Shown: in pieces, positions 1 through 13,552 of the stretch
Layout of the letters: the number at the start of each line of letters is the position of its first letter
Numbering within the stretch: position 1 is the first letter of the stretch
Source: Paramecium tetraurelia
Taxonomy: Eukaryota
Direction: 5' to 3'
Length of the DNA: 64,000 bases
Assembly: GCA_000165425.1 (NCBI GenBank)
Contig: CT868007.1
Span: forward strand, 1-64,000
Program-made: the position numbers and the translations under genes
Notes under the pieces: model-generated
What the model saw: the letters and a program-made list of their open reading frames with translations, nothing else
Told to the model about the DNA's origin: nothing
Database searches by the model: none

Positions 1-4
1 GAAG

Positions 5-157
5 CCAAACCCAACCCCAACCCCAACCCCAAACCCAACCCCAAACCCTATCCCAAACCCAACCCCAAACCCAACCCCAACCCCAACCTTTTACCCAAAC
101 CCAAACCCCAAACCCAAACCCAAACCCAAATTTTACCCCAAACCCAAACCCAAACCC
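5..157 (+). repeat. Macronuclear telomere, mixed CCCCAA/CCCAAA repeats (C-strand)
   Basis: Tandem CCCCAA and CCCAAA hexamers at the window start with a few variant units; typical of Paramecium telomeres. A further CCAAACCCAAACCC stub lies at 405-418. Confidence 0.95.
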
Positions 158-246
158 TAGCAACAGGCAGAACAAGTCTAGCTAAACAGTTGGGCTTCCA
201 CCCTAGCAACAGGCAGAACAAGTCTAGCTAAACAGTTGGGCTTCCA
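155..246. repeat. Perfect tandem duplication of a 46-nt GC-rich unit
   Basis: CCCTAGCAACAGGCAGAACAAGTCTAGCTAAACAGTTGGGCTTCCA at 155-200 and 201-246. Confidence 0.95.
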
Positions 247-247
247 C

Positions 248-337
248 AGAAGGTCTTCCGGAATTCGCCGCCGGGATTTTTAGCCTTCTCGTAGAAGGTC
301 TTCCGGAATTCGCCGCCGGGATTTTTAGCCTTCTCGT
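248..337. repeat. Perfect tandem duplication of a 45-nt GC-rich unit
   Basis: AGAAGGTCTTCCGGAATTCGCCGCCGGGATTTTTAGCCTTCTCGT at 248-292 and 293-337. Confidence 0.95.
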
Positions 338-1065
338 GGGGAAAAGCAATCTGAGGCCGACCATATTACTGGCATCTTATAGAGACAGTCTTAGCCAGTC
401 CTGACCAAACCCAAACCCAGAAATGGCAATTTGAATTAATGACATATTATGAATTGATTATAATTCAAAAAATGTCAATTGCAAGTGCATAGTGAAAACT
501 TCTGCATTAACTTTGTCAGGAATGAAGTTTTGATTTCTATTCTTTCAGATTCTTCAACAACCTTGAATTTTTGGATTAATCTAACATTAAAATTTTCAAC
601 ATCACAAATAATCAATTTTTAGTTTTCAGGACTCAATTCTGTAAATTTTAAATTTCTCATAGCTCCTTCTTTCACTATCTAAGTATTATCAACTATTTTT
701 TTATTTTGAAGATATTTTTATATTCGATCTAAATTATTAAAAACCTCCTCTACCTTTTGAAAATCATCCTTGCTATCCTCCGTCTAGAAATAACCTTTTG
801 AACTGATTTTGCCAAAAATTTTTAGTAAATAAACTCCTTGTTACTTGGTTTAATGACTTGATCATTCACTATAACGCTTTCTGAATAGCACAAGAATACT
901 GCTTCTATTTCAATCTCAAAACTTGGCTTAGAAGTGGCAGTTGGAAAGACAGGTAAATTGGTTTTTAAATTAGAAACAGGAAATTTGAGTAAATTGTCTC
1001 TTATATCCTAAAATGGCTAATAAATTTATTATTTAAGTTAATTGAGGGTCTTCGATATGACAAGG

Positions 1066-1215
1066 NNNNNNNNNNNNNNNNNNNNNNNNNNNNNNNNNNN
1101 NNNNNNNNNNNNNNNNNNNNNNNNNNNNNNNNNNNNNNNNNNNNNNNNNNNNNNNNNNNNNNNNNNNNNNNNNNNNNNNNNNNNNNNNNNNNNNNNNNNN
1201 NNNNNNNNNNNNNNN
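1066..1215. other. Assembly gap (150 N)
   Basis: Run of n. Confidence 1.
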
Positions 1216-1228
1216 ACCTCAGGGAAGA

Positions 1229-1384
1229 AACCGTAATAAGAATCAGCTATTTTAGATTCTATTCCAATTGAAAAGAATGAAATTGATTTTCAATCTTAAT
1301 ATGGTGTTGATTAATTTAATACTTTTGTGGAAACAAATTTCTTAAGCAATTACAAATTTATACTGAGACAACATTTAGATTCCA
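1229..1384 (+). repeat. Left arm of a 156-bp perfect inverted repeat (partner 4318-4473)
   Basis: AACCGTAATAAG...ATTTAGATTCCA is the reverse complement of 4318-4473; flanks diverge on both sides. Confidence 0.92.
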
Positions 1385-4200
1385 TCAAAAATTGTCATTA
1401 AATAAGATTCAACTTTTGGAATATTTTCAACTGTTGGAGCAATAAATAAATTTCCTTATTGCATTTATATAACTTATGTATCAAAATACATAAACAATCA
1501 ACTTAAGAATTTGAATTAATTCTATAAAAATATTCTTAAGAGAATAATAAATAATAATTAAATTCTAATTACTTCAATTCAAAAATTAGCTGTTATTTTT
1601 ATAGACTTTCTAGAATACTCATGGTAATAGGCAAATTGTAGACCAAAAATGTGAGATTGGAATTCTAATAATCAATATATATAACTTTATTATTAAATGG
1701 TTACAAAGCATCGTATATTTTAATAAAATTTGCTATTTTTATAAAGAAACAGGAATTTTTGTTTGCAGCATCATAAAAAGATATTGGATTTCGATTATTT
1801 TCATTTATTAAATAACTTTCTCAATGAATTATGCAAAATGCAAAGCGCGTGGATATTTAATTTCAATTCTAAAATCTCAACAAGAACCTCTACTATATCT
1901 AATTAAATATACTTGGATTCTCAATTACTGCTTCCTACAGCATATTTTTTGGATAGATTCATCCGAAATTTATAGAAATGAATAAGAGTCATTAACAGTA
2001 AATTTTATGATGAAATTTGGAAAATCATCCTATCAATTTCCAAAAATGAGATTTCCATCTTCTCATTATTCAACAGGTGTTTCTAATGAGTCCCCACAAA
2101 TTGCTACACATGCACGATCAATAAAATGAATACAGGTTTATATAATTGGCATCCTTGCTCATTTATAAATTACATCACATTCATATCTATCTAAATTAAT
2201 ATGCAGTTTATATTTATTAATACAATAGAAACAATGATTATTTTGACAATCATAAAAATTACCTTTTAAAATCAAAATAGGTAACCGTCACACTCTTCAT
2301 TAAAGGGACTATTAATAGCTTATACAACAATTCTGTCTCCCCAAATATTTTACAATAAATGTTTTCAGGAATTGGGCAATCCAAAAATTTATCAAATGGT
2401 GGGTAAAAATAATTATTTGGATTTTAGTCACAAGTTCCAATACCACTTAACTAACCTCCAACTAAACAAATCTCACATTGATTTGAAGATGAAGATTTTA
2501 GACAAATTTAACTATATTTTTGGCATTCTCCATAGTTACATTAAAAATAACTATCATAGCAAGCGCATGAATTATTCACTAATATTCTAAACAATGTTAG
2601 AATACATTCTCTATATTTTAAAGAAGTATTGTATTGATTACAATTCTGAGGACAATCATTACATTTGTTAGATTCCAGATGTTGATTAGAGGCATAAATA
2701 CAAACTTAGAGGTATTTCTACTGAATTGCTTGATGGTAATTCAATGAAATGCAAAAATAAATGATCCATCTTTAGGTAAGTTAGGGTGGAAAAATCCAAA
2801 AAAAGAAATAGTAATTGTAGGATGAGGATCTTCGATTTTAGCGACTCTTTAAAATTTTTTTTTCCCCAAATAAAAGGTCCTCCAAATATTCTGAATTTGG
2901 ATTTCCAAATCGAATAATATATTCCTGATCCTTTAAGAAAATTTAGTCCAACAGCACTTAGAAAGCTATACAATGGGTATGTTTCTAGATCTAATTCTAG
3001 ACCAACGAATTCTTTAATAATATATTTAGAGTAATGATCTATACAATTTGTTTCATCGTCATCTTCCTAAAAAAAGAATAATAGTTCTATTATAATGTTT
3101 TTAATGATAAATTTGAAGGGATACCTAAAAAGAGACTCACTTTTCAGACAACCAAAATGATCTGTATTTACCCTATTTGATGCAAATATATTTTATCAAA
3201 AGTAAGATCCCTGATTTATAATCGGAAAGAACCTACAAATACACATAAGAGGATCCACGAAAAAGGTTAAAGATTTCATATAAAGAAATAAAGCTTGAAA
3301 TTTGGTACTAACTATTAATAGCAATTACTAAACCCATATAGAAGTTGAAAATAAAAAATTTATGACTGAGTAATCGTTACATTTAAGACATCCTATTCAG
3401 TAAGCAGAAAACCCACTGATGAATACATATTATCGATGAATCCATAATCTAAGATATACTATATAAACTGAAAGTTCTAATACTTTTAAATAGTTGTGTC
3501 GCAATTAAACTCTAAATTTGACCAAAATGGAAAGCGCATATTAAGGAACAATCCAAAATCATTTTTTAATGATTGTATAAAGTATTAACAAAAAGAAAGG
3601 CTACTTATATGTTAGTACAAGTAGTCCTAACACTTTAAAATTCATAAATTACTTTTCTTAAAGTCTGATTAATGTTCAATATATAAACATTAAATTATAT
3701 CATTATAATCGACCATATAAATAAACTTAAATTATTATTATTTAATCCACTTAATAGAATAAAACACATAAATAATTCTTTAGTTTCACTCCATCTAATT
3801 TACAACAAGGAATATAAATCTGTTTAATTCTCTAATCTTCAAATTTTTTCTGTAGAGCAAATTTTAGTAATTAAAAAACGTAGTCCAAATTCTGTGTGTG
3901 TTATTAATGAGGGCATAAAATTATGATTATTGAATAATTTATTATTATATAAAATTGCACTAGAATTTATTAGATTAATTTTTAATTATATTGGTAAAAT
4001 CCTCTCACCATACAAGAAGCATTGATGCTTACAGGAATTATTAAATCATCCAAAATAACTCTAGTTGTGATATCCCATGCAAATGCAAAAGACGTAGTGT
4101 AACAAGAATCGAAGTTTCCATAATTCAGGAAGCCATCACACACCAAGAATTAAATAAATGAAATAAATGATCTTATGTATAACTAAAATATTATTGTAAT
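1250..4200 (-). pseudogene. Decayed cysteine-rich (CGD..EECD repeat, DUF4215-like) surface/membrane protein
   Basis: Minus strand reads ACVAICGDSLETPVEQ*EDGN (~2060-2115) and IWGDRIVVQAINSPFNEECDG (~2285-2345): degenerate CGD..EECDDGN repeats with in-frame TGA and frameshifts. Limits approximate. Confidence 0.6.
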
Positions 4201-4317
4201 TGATTTCAGTTAATAATTTTTTCTGAATATCTATGTAAAATAAGTAGTTTGGTTGTGGAAACAAATAAACTAATCAATATGGTTGAATAGAAGTTCTAAT
4301 TTAATAACTATTATTTT

Positions 4318-4473
4318 TGGAATCTAAATGTTGTCTCAGTATAAATTTGTAATTGCTTAAGAAATTTGTTTCCACAAAAGTATTAAATTAATCAACACCA
4401 TATTAAGATTGAAAATCAATTTCATTCTTTTCAATTGGAATAGAATCTAAAATAGCTGATTCTTATTACGGTT
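4318..4473 (-). repeat. Right arm of the 156-bp inverted repeat
   Basis: TGGAATCTAAATG...TCTTATTACGGTT, reverse complement of 1229-1384. Confidence 0.92.
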
Positions 4474-4479
4474 CATTAA

Positions 4480-5800
4480 GCTTTTCCTCAATTTTGTAAT
4501 CGATATATTCAAAAGTACTTTGCTTTTCATCTTATTAATAGTGATTAGATTTTAAGTGAGATGAATTTTAATTATTTATTATACTCTAATAAACATCATC
4601 GTTATTGAACTCTTTCATGTCATTTTGGTTGTTCTCAATCTCTTATTAATTAAATTTCATTAATTATTCGCCAATAATATATTCAACCATATTGTAATTG
4701 TTGGGACATTATAAACTATTAATGAGGAGCAATTTGCCAAAAAATTTTGAAATTTCTGAATTCATATATTTCTTAAAATAAATAATTCTTGGGTTCTTAT
4801 TTATTGATGACTTAAATCAAAGAATTTCATCTTGTAGTGAATAAGTATTTTGTGAAATTTTTTCATAGTCAAAAATTAGTTAAACTAACAAAACTTGACA
4901 TAAATAGATGCGATCATATAAATAAATTTTTTCACATTTCTAAAATAACTTTCTTTTGTAATAAATAATCTTTTATTATGCTAGAAATCTGATAATTTGG
5001 ATTATTATAAATTTGCAATATATATCAATTCCAATTCTATAAACATTTAATCCATTCATCACTAAAACCTACTTGTTTCCTTTTTTATATGTTAATTTTC
5101 CAATTTCTGGAAATCTTATAATCATTCATTAATTTAAGAAAATTTTCTTAAGGACTTTAGTCACTGCATAATAACTCAAACCATTTAAGTCCAATTTTAA
5201 CATGATTACTCTCTTCTTAGACTATTTTTTTTATTACTTTTTCATAATTCTTATCACCTTCTAATTTTTAGATTAAATTCAATCCTGTATCCATTCCTCT
5301 CCCTTCATTAACAATGCTCAAAACTGCTAATCTTCCTAAAAGGGAATTCGTGGTTAAAATCATTCTTTTTTATAAATTATTATGAACTGGTTGGGATCCA
5401 TATTTGCATAATTAATTTACTAATTCAAAATGGCAAAATTCTTCATATGCAATCTATCCTAAGTCTTCCTTAAATTCTATTTGGAATTAAAGTGGGACTT
5501 AATTTATAAACCTAATAAGAGTATCTATATATGATTTCATTGCATTATATTCTATATGCGCTATAGAATGGATTACTTAATCTTTTATAGGTATATGCTT
5601 TGTTGATTATTCCAAATCATACGTTGTCACAATCTGTTTAATTATTATTCATTACCTTTATATTTTCATCATACGAATATATAGGAATTTAATCATTATT
5701 TGAATCAATTGGTAAACTCATAAATTATTTCATGTCTTTTAAAGTTATTTACGATTTTCTTAATAAAACCTTCCCAAAATTTATCATAATATAATATATT
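4480..5800 (-). pseudogene. Degraded coding relic, possibly a SecA-like helicase C-terminal region
   Basis: Minus strand MILTTNSLLGRLAVLSIVNEGRGMDTG (~5280-5365) resembles the SecA ATN.AGRGTD motif; no continuous frame. Confidence 0.3.
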
Positions 5801-6317
5801 AAAATTATTCCACTTAATTCTAATTTTTTATGTTTAGGGTACAGTTTTATTTTTCATTTGAGTTTTTAAAAAATGAAATTATTTAATATATTCTCAATTG
5901 AGATGGGATATAGAACAGATTCTGTATTGCAAATTTATAATTCCAAATCTTAATTTCAGAAGCAAAGATTTATTTCACAAACAAAAGACCTCTATAGCAT
6001 AAAAATAGAATATGTATTTTGGACTTTTTTTGTATACTTATATTATTAACTTAATCTTACTTAATCAATAATAGGAAGAACTGACATTAAAACAGCTGGC
6101 TATAAAACAGGGAATATAGAAAAAAATATCGTATTCGTAAAATGAAGCATCTTAAATTTCATTTCAATTAACCTTAACACATTAAATTTTTTATTATGCA
6201 TCAGGATGAGCTTATTGAAAACAGAAAAGACTAAAAACCTATTGTTTGGTATTTATTCAATATAACATATACAATTAGATAATTAATTAATTACATTATC
6301 ATATCAAATATATATTC

Positions 6318-7560
6318 TCATATTTGATTTATATCAAGAATTTCTTAGTATCTTCTTACCTGAATTTACCCTTTTTTCCAATCCCATGTTATCAAATACT
6401 CTCCATTCTCACTAATTGTTCCAAATAAAGCTCCACATTCATCTTTATCCTTACAATCAAAATAAATAAATTATTATAATTTACATTAGTATGTATCTTC
6501 TTAAATAGAATTATTGAAAACATTAAATTTTAATAAATTTATTGTGCATCCATTTTTAAGGAAGAGTATTTATTTGGATTAGACAAAAAGAGCAGGAAAT
6601 TCAGCGTCGCAAAATTGTCCTCCACCTTGAATTTTATATTCTTCCCTTTTTCTGAATTTTTTTGTGTCTTTGGTTAATGTGTATATGTGGAGAGTCTTTC
6701 CACCTTTCCATTGTTCTCCATTACTATGAGGTAAGAATGCAAACATATTATTATTTATGTAACAAATCCGAAGTCCCCATTTTTTTACATGAATCGTTTG
6801 GATGACCTTCCAATATTTCATATTTGAATTATCTCTATTCATTACCAATATCTGCTTGTCTGAACTACAAGAAATAAGTGTGGTTCCTTCCTGATTCATT
6901 GATAATCCATAAACCGAATCATTATGTTCTCTAATTGTTTATTAACAAGACCAAGATGAATAAGAGTTTTAATAATACCAAAATTTAATATTATGATCAT
7001 CTGATCCACTGATAATTAAACTTTAAAAATGCGAACTATAATTTAGACATCTAACAGAATCTTTGTGATCATTTAGTTTAGTGAGATATTTAGGGTTGGA
7101 TAGATTAATTTCCGACCAAATTACGATGGAATTGTCAAGCGAACTAGAAACTAATTATTATCTATCCTTCATAAAATTCAGGGTGTAAACCAAAGATTTA
7201 TGTTTTCTCATTGTTTGCAATAGCTTGAGCCCACTTTTTGACATTAAAAATATCTTGAATCTCATTTAATCAGATGCTAAGAGATAAGTATTGTTGTGGT
7301 TAATGGCTATGGCATAACAATAGTCATGAAGTTATTAACTATATTCAGGAATTAATTCGTAACTGAAACTACATTTCTACATTCTTATTTATTTTAACAA
7401 ATTTTTTTTGTATAATTTATAAAGTTTAAATTAGGGGAGTGTTTGTTTACTTTGCAATAAAATTGGTGCTGATGCATGATTTTCTAAAATTATCTTTAGC
7501 AATTAAAAACTATTTATTGATATTAAATCGTTAATTCTTGATAAATTTTGATGTATCTGG
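6318..7560 (-). CDS. WD40-repeat protein (expanded Paramecium family); 5' end uncertain or decayed
   Basis: Code-6 frame with WD repeats (SSSLDNSIVIW, SGSDDHNIKFW, SCSSDKQILV) ending EYLITWDWKKGQIQVRRYQEILDINQI-TGA at 6318. Confidence 0.75.
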
Positions 7561-8045
7561 AAAAGCTAATAAAAAAACTCAAGATTTTAGTGATTTTTTG
7601 ATTAAAATATATTTAAAAGAAAATTGTTAAAGATCTAATTCATTTAATTTATGGAATGAGAATTTAATACATTTAGGAATGGTTTAGTAATGATTTTAAA
7701 GTGGCAACATGAACTTAAAACAAAAGATGTTAATAGTCTTGTGTGAGATAAAAAGGCTGAAATAAGGGAGTCCTATTAATAATTAAATTAATGACGTGAA
7801 ACTTAATAATCTAGATATGTTATCACCTTTCAAATTCACAAAATACACCAAAACAAGTCAATTTGTTTATTTCTTAATTTGTAATTTACAAATTATATTC
7901 AATATAGACATGATTGAAACAATAGGCCATATCTAACAAGTTTAAGTCTTAGCTTAATAAGAGGGACATGTTGTTTATTTTAATAATTAAATAACACTTA
8001 AGATTATTAATTTATTTTATAAAACAGAAAATTATTGTAGAAGAA

Positions 8046-8969
8046 ATGTAATCATAACAAGCATGGCATGGTTTAAAATCTTGTAAATTCAACTATTCTG
8101 AAGTAAAATATCAACATATAATTAGAAAATACATATAAAACCTTAAGATTGTATCACTGATTTTGCAGGAGGAGAAATTTAGCAGCCATTAGGAAGAGTA
8201 CATTTTGATCCAAAATATGGAGATCTTTACACATGGGTACCTCATCTCAAAACCAAAATACCAAGACCTGGAGATGGTAAATCATAAGAATTTCCTCCTG
8301 GTAAATGATAACAGTTATCGAATTAGGAAAATAATTTATTGAACATCATCCATAAGAAAAGAAACCTAGAGCATAGAGACTTCATTTGAAAGAAGGATAG
8401 TCTGGACATATTGAAGATGTCCCATATGGGATAAAAACATTTCCTCCTATTCATTGTGAAAAGAGACATGAGATTGAAGAAATGATGGGAAAAAAGTAAA
8501 GATTGGAATATCTCTACTAAATGAGAAATGGGTAAATAAATATTAAATACTTAGGTTGCCAGTAGCAGCCTTAGGAGATAAAATTTACAAGAACCCAGAA
8601 TATGCAGCAGATTTTTTCAAGGAGGGAGGCTTAATTACAGGATCTAGTAATATTTAAAGAAAAGTAAACATTAACTAATTGCATGAAAAAGAGATGGAAA
8701 AAAAGATATAATTAATACAGTCTAAGATTAAGAAAGGAACACTTTGGAGTGATAAAGTAAGGATGGATCAGGATGCAGAAAAAAAATAGGATATTGAAGT
8801 AAATATAAAACCATAATTCAAGGACTTAGATACATGGATAGAGACTACATTAAAACCTTCTAATCCTAATTATTAAGATCCTGATAAATTTTTTGAGAAT
8901 TTAGAAAAACAATAAGCTTAAGATCCTAAAAAAGCTCAAGCAAATTAAAAAAAAACAGGAAAGAAATGA
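8046..8969 (+). CDS. Conserved hypothetical protein, SPATS1/SASRP1-like
   Basis: Starts MQSQQAWHGLK; several ~23-nt introns; RNGLPVAALGDKIYKNPEYAADFFKEGG resembles the SPATS1 core as recalled; TGA at 8967. Confidence 0.6.
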
Positions 8970-9147
8970 TTAGGAAATTAGAATATCATACTAAATTTAT
9001 GTCGTTTAATTTATTATAACTCTATCTCTATTTTATACTTTATGTCATTTTTAATTATACATGATAGACAATTCTTCTTTATAAAATCAAAATGTAATTC
9101 ATAACATTATTTAATTTTTTATAACAACATTTTTATAATATTTGTTA

Positions 9148-9579
9148 ATGAACAATGATTAATGTATTTGGAAATATAGACCATCTGCTTTATATAGAGA
9201 AAAACAATATAGTATATTTAGATAAGTTGGACATTAGTCTCTTAAATAACTATTACCACATGAAATATAAAATAAGAAAAAAAGGCATAATTTCAGTTTA
9301 TAAAATTCTTTTGAAAAACTGCCAGAATTAGAGAAGACTAGATAAAAATTTAAATATGAGCTTCCTAAATTGGAGTATCCACAACCTTTAAAATTAATGA
9401 CAGTTGAGGAATATAGAGTAATTTTAGAAAGAAGAATCAAGGAAGAGGAATAAAAAAAAAAATATAAATGGGAATTACCTAAAATAGAGGTTTATGTTAA
9501 ACCCAGCAAGTATTCTATTAAATCAATAGTTGATAATGAGAAACTGAGAATAAAAATGGAATAATTCTTAATTGATTGA
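9148..9579 (+). CDS. Hypothetical protein (~143 aa)
   Basis: Open code-6 frame MNNDQCIWKYRPS...MEQFLID-TGA. Confidence 0.65.
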
Positions 9580-9649
9580 ACAAAAAATTAATATTAATGA
9601 TTAAATACTGAAATGTTAATATAGATTATATATCTCTTATTTAATATCC

Positions 9650-12420
9650 TCATTTAGTTTGCAGCTTTTTAAAAGTTTATCTGGTTTTTACTTATCTAGA
9701 AAAATAGCTCAGGCATATCATGCAACTCCATTTACCTTTAGGGATTTCCTTTAGTTTTAAACATCTAGGATGAAAGACTCTAGGACAAGTATCACATAAA
9801 AGAACTTTGCCTCCTTGTCCACAAACCTTGCATTATTCTTCCCAGATATTTTCTCCATCTTAAATTTAAACTTTTTTTACTTAATCTCTATAGATTTCTT
9901 CGATAATTAAAGATGGCTGTAATTATTGTGATTAGATAGTATTTTTTTTCTTTTCCTATCTTTGACATTCTTCTTGTTTTCTTTGAATGTACATTTTAAT
10001 AACTTCTTTTAAGACGACAAGACAAGTTTTAAGTTATAACAAATCGCAAAATTTATCCCTAACTTAATCTAATAAGCATTATCTAAGATTTTCGAAGTAA
10101 GATCCAAATAATTTCATTGGCATTCTTCTTATTTTTAATTTGCTGGCATCAAGAGCTTCTAATTATTTGAAGTTTTCATTCTCAACATCTTCGTCCTCCA
10201 CTATTTTCTTTTTTCTAGTAAGTAAGAATGCTGAGTCTTCATCAAAATCGATGTAAAGATTATCATCTAAAGTATCTCCCTCTTATAATTTATCTAATCT
10301 TTCCTAGGTTTAAGTGTTCTCAATAAAAAATTCCACTGCCTTCTTTAAGCAATCAATTGAATCTTTATTTTCATCGTAACTTTTTCTAAATACACTACGA
10401 ACACTAGCACTACACCATCTGCAATTTTTTTCATTTAAATAATTAGTCAAGTTAAAATCTATCTCATTCAACATTTTACAAAGTTAGATTACTTGAATTT
10501 CTGTTTATTACTTTTCTTATGGTTTTCCATTTTATTTGTGCTTTAATTCTCTTTCCTCAACCTCTTTATCATTACCATATTATGTTAATTTTGAAGGATT
10601 TGGTTCAGACAGAATCAATTTTTATTTCTTTATTTCTTCTAGATTTAATTTTAATTAACATTCTTTGATACCCTTTAAATTCAGACTTTTTAAGAGAATC
10701 TCAACATCATCAAAATTGTAAAAACTAATTTAATCAATATATTACCCCCATTTCATATTTGAATCAATCCAAGAATTTCTCTATTAGACAAAGACTTTAT
10801 CCCGTTCATTAAGAAAGAAATAATATAATGAGTTTTTTAAATCAAACCCTAAAAACATAGAGGGATTAATTAATAAATTTGGAATTTAGACTAAATGTAA
10901 CTCCTATAATATACTTATATAATTACTTCCTCAAGTTAAATATATCTTTCTTAGACTGATATTAGCTACTTTGTAATCTTAGATTTTGCCTATTCTTTTT
11001 CAATCATCTTTAAATTTATGTTTTCTATTTATGATTGAGTATTCACAAAATCAGTCTTACTCAAATCTCCTTAAGATAATGTTTACTATTTAAAAATAAT
11101 ATTATAATTTTAGTACTTTTAGGGCTGAGATCTCCTTTACTAATTAATCTAAGTTAAGTTGCATCTCAACACTTTAAGCTCTTAAATCCTTCACTTAAGC
11201 TGCTAATTATTCTTTTATCTTATTATTTGAAATTAGATTTTCAATTCTGTATGAAATTAAATTTGGTGTTTTTTTTAAATCAGGCAATCCTTCAATTAAA
11301 ATAAGAATCAAATTAAGAAAGTAATCTTTATCATTTTGATCCAGCAATTTTAGATCATCATCATTCAAACATAATATACCTTGTTGATATAAATAATGGG
11401 CAATATACTGCAAAGACTCTTTATAAATTTCGTAATATTATCCTCTATTATTATACCACAGAAACCCCATTAAATACCAAAAGGCATTCTAATTAATAAC
11501 TATTGTGTTACCTCTTATGCTTTTTATATTTATTCAAAATCCACATCCTCAATTAACTATTTCGTATAGAACCAGCTAAAGAATTCAACTAATTTAAGTG
11601 GTTCAGTATGTAACATTTAATAAATTTGTTTTCTTGATTTCTATGAATAAAATTAATGTTGATCTTTAAAATGAATAAAAGTTCCAATTTGAGATTACTA
11701 TGCTATAAGTTAATAAAATACATTATCTGAATTGCCTTCTTCAATATTTAAAATATCGCTAACAATTTTATCGTAATTATTATATGAGTCCCATATAATC
11801 AAAACTTGATAGAAGTATTAATTAGGAATGTCTAAATCTTCTTTAATGATAGGTTTCTTTTTCACTTCTACATGAAAGAGATCTGAATATGCAACCAAAT
11901 ATTCATCAAGAATTGGAAATAAAATTTATCCTTGATTTTTATAAGTTGGAAATCGAAGCAAAAATTCTGTTAGAGATCCATTATTTTCATTATCGCTTTA
12001 TTCAGTAGTGCTTTGAACTTATATTTCTACTTTTCTTTTCTTTTTTTTTTTATCCTTGTTTTTCAAAGTTAAAATCTCTATTCTATTAACACATTTTTTG
12101 CATATCCACTTTTAGGTTTCCTCATTATATGATCCATATTATTGTTGATTAGCACACTCTTGATGATATCGAAAATGACATCTATTGCATATATTATAAA
12201 CTGATTCCATAGTTGTTTTTGAGCATAATCTGCATATAGTTTTATCTCCAAATTATTATTTTCCATCGAAATTCGATCTAACTCCTTTTTGGGATTTCTC
12301 AGCCTTTAATTATTGTTTGTTCTTTTTTTTATCATCAATTTCTTTTCGATTCTTATGGTCGCCTTATTCTTCGGCAATTTCATCCACAATAATTTAGATA
12401 ATGGGTTCTTCAAAAGTTGT
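9650..12420 (-). CDS. PHD-DDT-WSD(WHIM)-PHD chromatin protein (ACF1/BAZ-like ISWI partner); start uncertain
   Basis: N-terminal [29 protein letters not shown]-like [11 protein letters not shown] (weak); WSD-like [14 protein letters not shown]...WGQY...[12 protein letters not shown]-terminal [36 protein letters not shown] at 9650. Confidence 0.8.
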
Positions 12421-12989
12421 CATCAATTGATGGATTAAAACAAATAATAAAAGAGATAATAATGCAATTGTTTGTATTCATTTTAATTGAAGTCTAAGAA
12501 TTTTAAAAATTTGGACATTAATATTTGGCTCGACATAAAAGTATTAATGTTCTTCGCATTTAGTGTTAATAATATATCCAATCACTTTAGCCATAATTTT
12601 GTAGCGTCATGATGTGAATTGAGCAAATTAACGAGTCATATAATAAAAATTAAAAAGTTGAATTGCATACTGATTCAATTTGATTCGATGATAATACTGA
12701 TTAGAATCTAAAATATATATAGAATAAACTAATTTCTGTAACCTAATAGGTAATTTTTACACTATAATGAAAATGGTTACTCATTCATTAAAGAATTTCA
12801 GCAATTAGAAATTGGTTGATTTTTAACTTTTGTTTTTTTGGCTTTAAAAAGATAGGCTAGACGAGATGATTAATTTTTGCTAGTTTAATAACGAACATTT
12901 ATTAATTATTAATGCTCTGATATTTTATGAAATGAATTAGATGAACGAACATTTTAAATTGAAATTTTCCATGTATTGTAAAGTTCTTT

Positions 12990-13552
12990 TAATGTAATAC
13001 TTCTCAATTGTTTTAATTAAATTATATTATGTCGAAAATAAACACTCCTGTTAACAAATCCATTTCAAAATTTAGAAACCATAAGAGAATAGAAACCCAT
13101 AGAAAATAATCTTTGATCAATTTGGTAATTTCTGAGAATGTATCAACTCGACAAGTATAGTTTATGATATATTGAAGGCTGCTTAAAAACTTTAGATAAA
13201 GTATTCCACGGCAAAGTACATTATGAAGAATTTTAAAAATAAAGGAAATTGTTTGGACGAACATTAACATCCGCAGAGCAAACAAAAATCCATTATTTAA
13301 AATGTTAATATAGTAATAGATGTATCTGATGGCAGTATTCTGTTGGCTAAAAATAATCAAAAAATAAGTTATTGTGACTTTTCTTCTTTACAAGAAGAGT
13401 ATAAAAACCAGAACTTACTATAAACTTCTGAGTTGATTTATGAGAAACTGGGGAAAATTTCTTGGCACAAATTTCATTATAAAGAATGTAGAGATGAAGA
13501 AATGCTCAAAAAATTTTTACTTAGATAACATATTCTGATGAAGTAGGAATGA
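12990..13552 (+). CDS. Paramecium HTH-like family protein (IKYSTAKYI motif); gene model uncertain
   Basis: ILKAAQKLQIKYSTAKYIMKNF; an upstream in-frame TGA needs an intron or indicates decay. Confidence 0.45.

Noticed and set aside
155..337. CRISPR-like array
   Set aside because: Units are directly adjacent duplicates with no spacers, there are no cas genes, and the context is eukaryotic.
1229..4473. Autonomous Tc1/mariner transposon
   Set aside because: No DDE transposase or TA target duplication recognised; the interior is a Cys-rich pseudogene.
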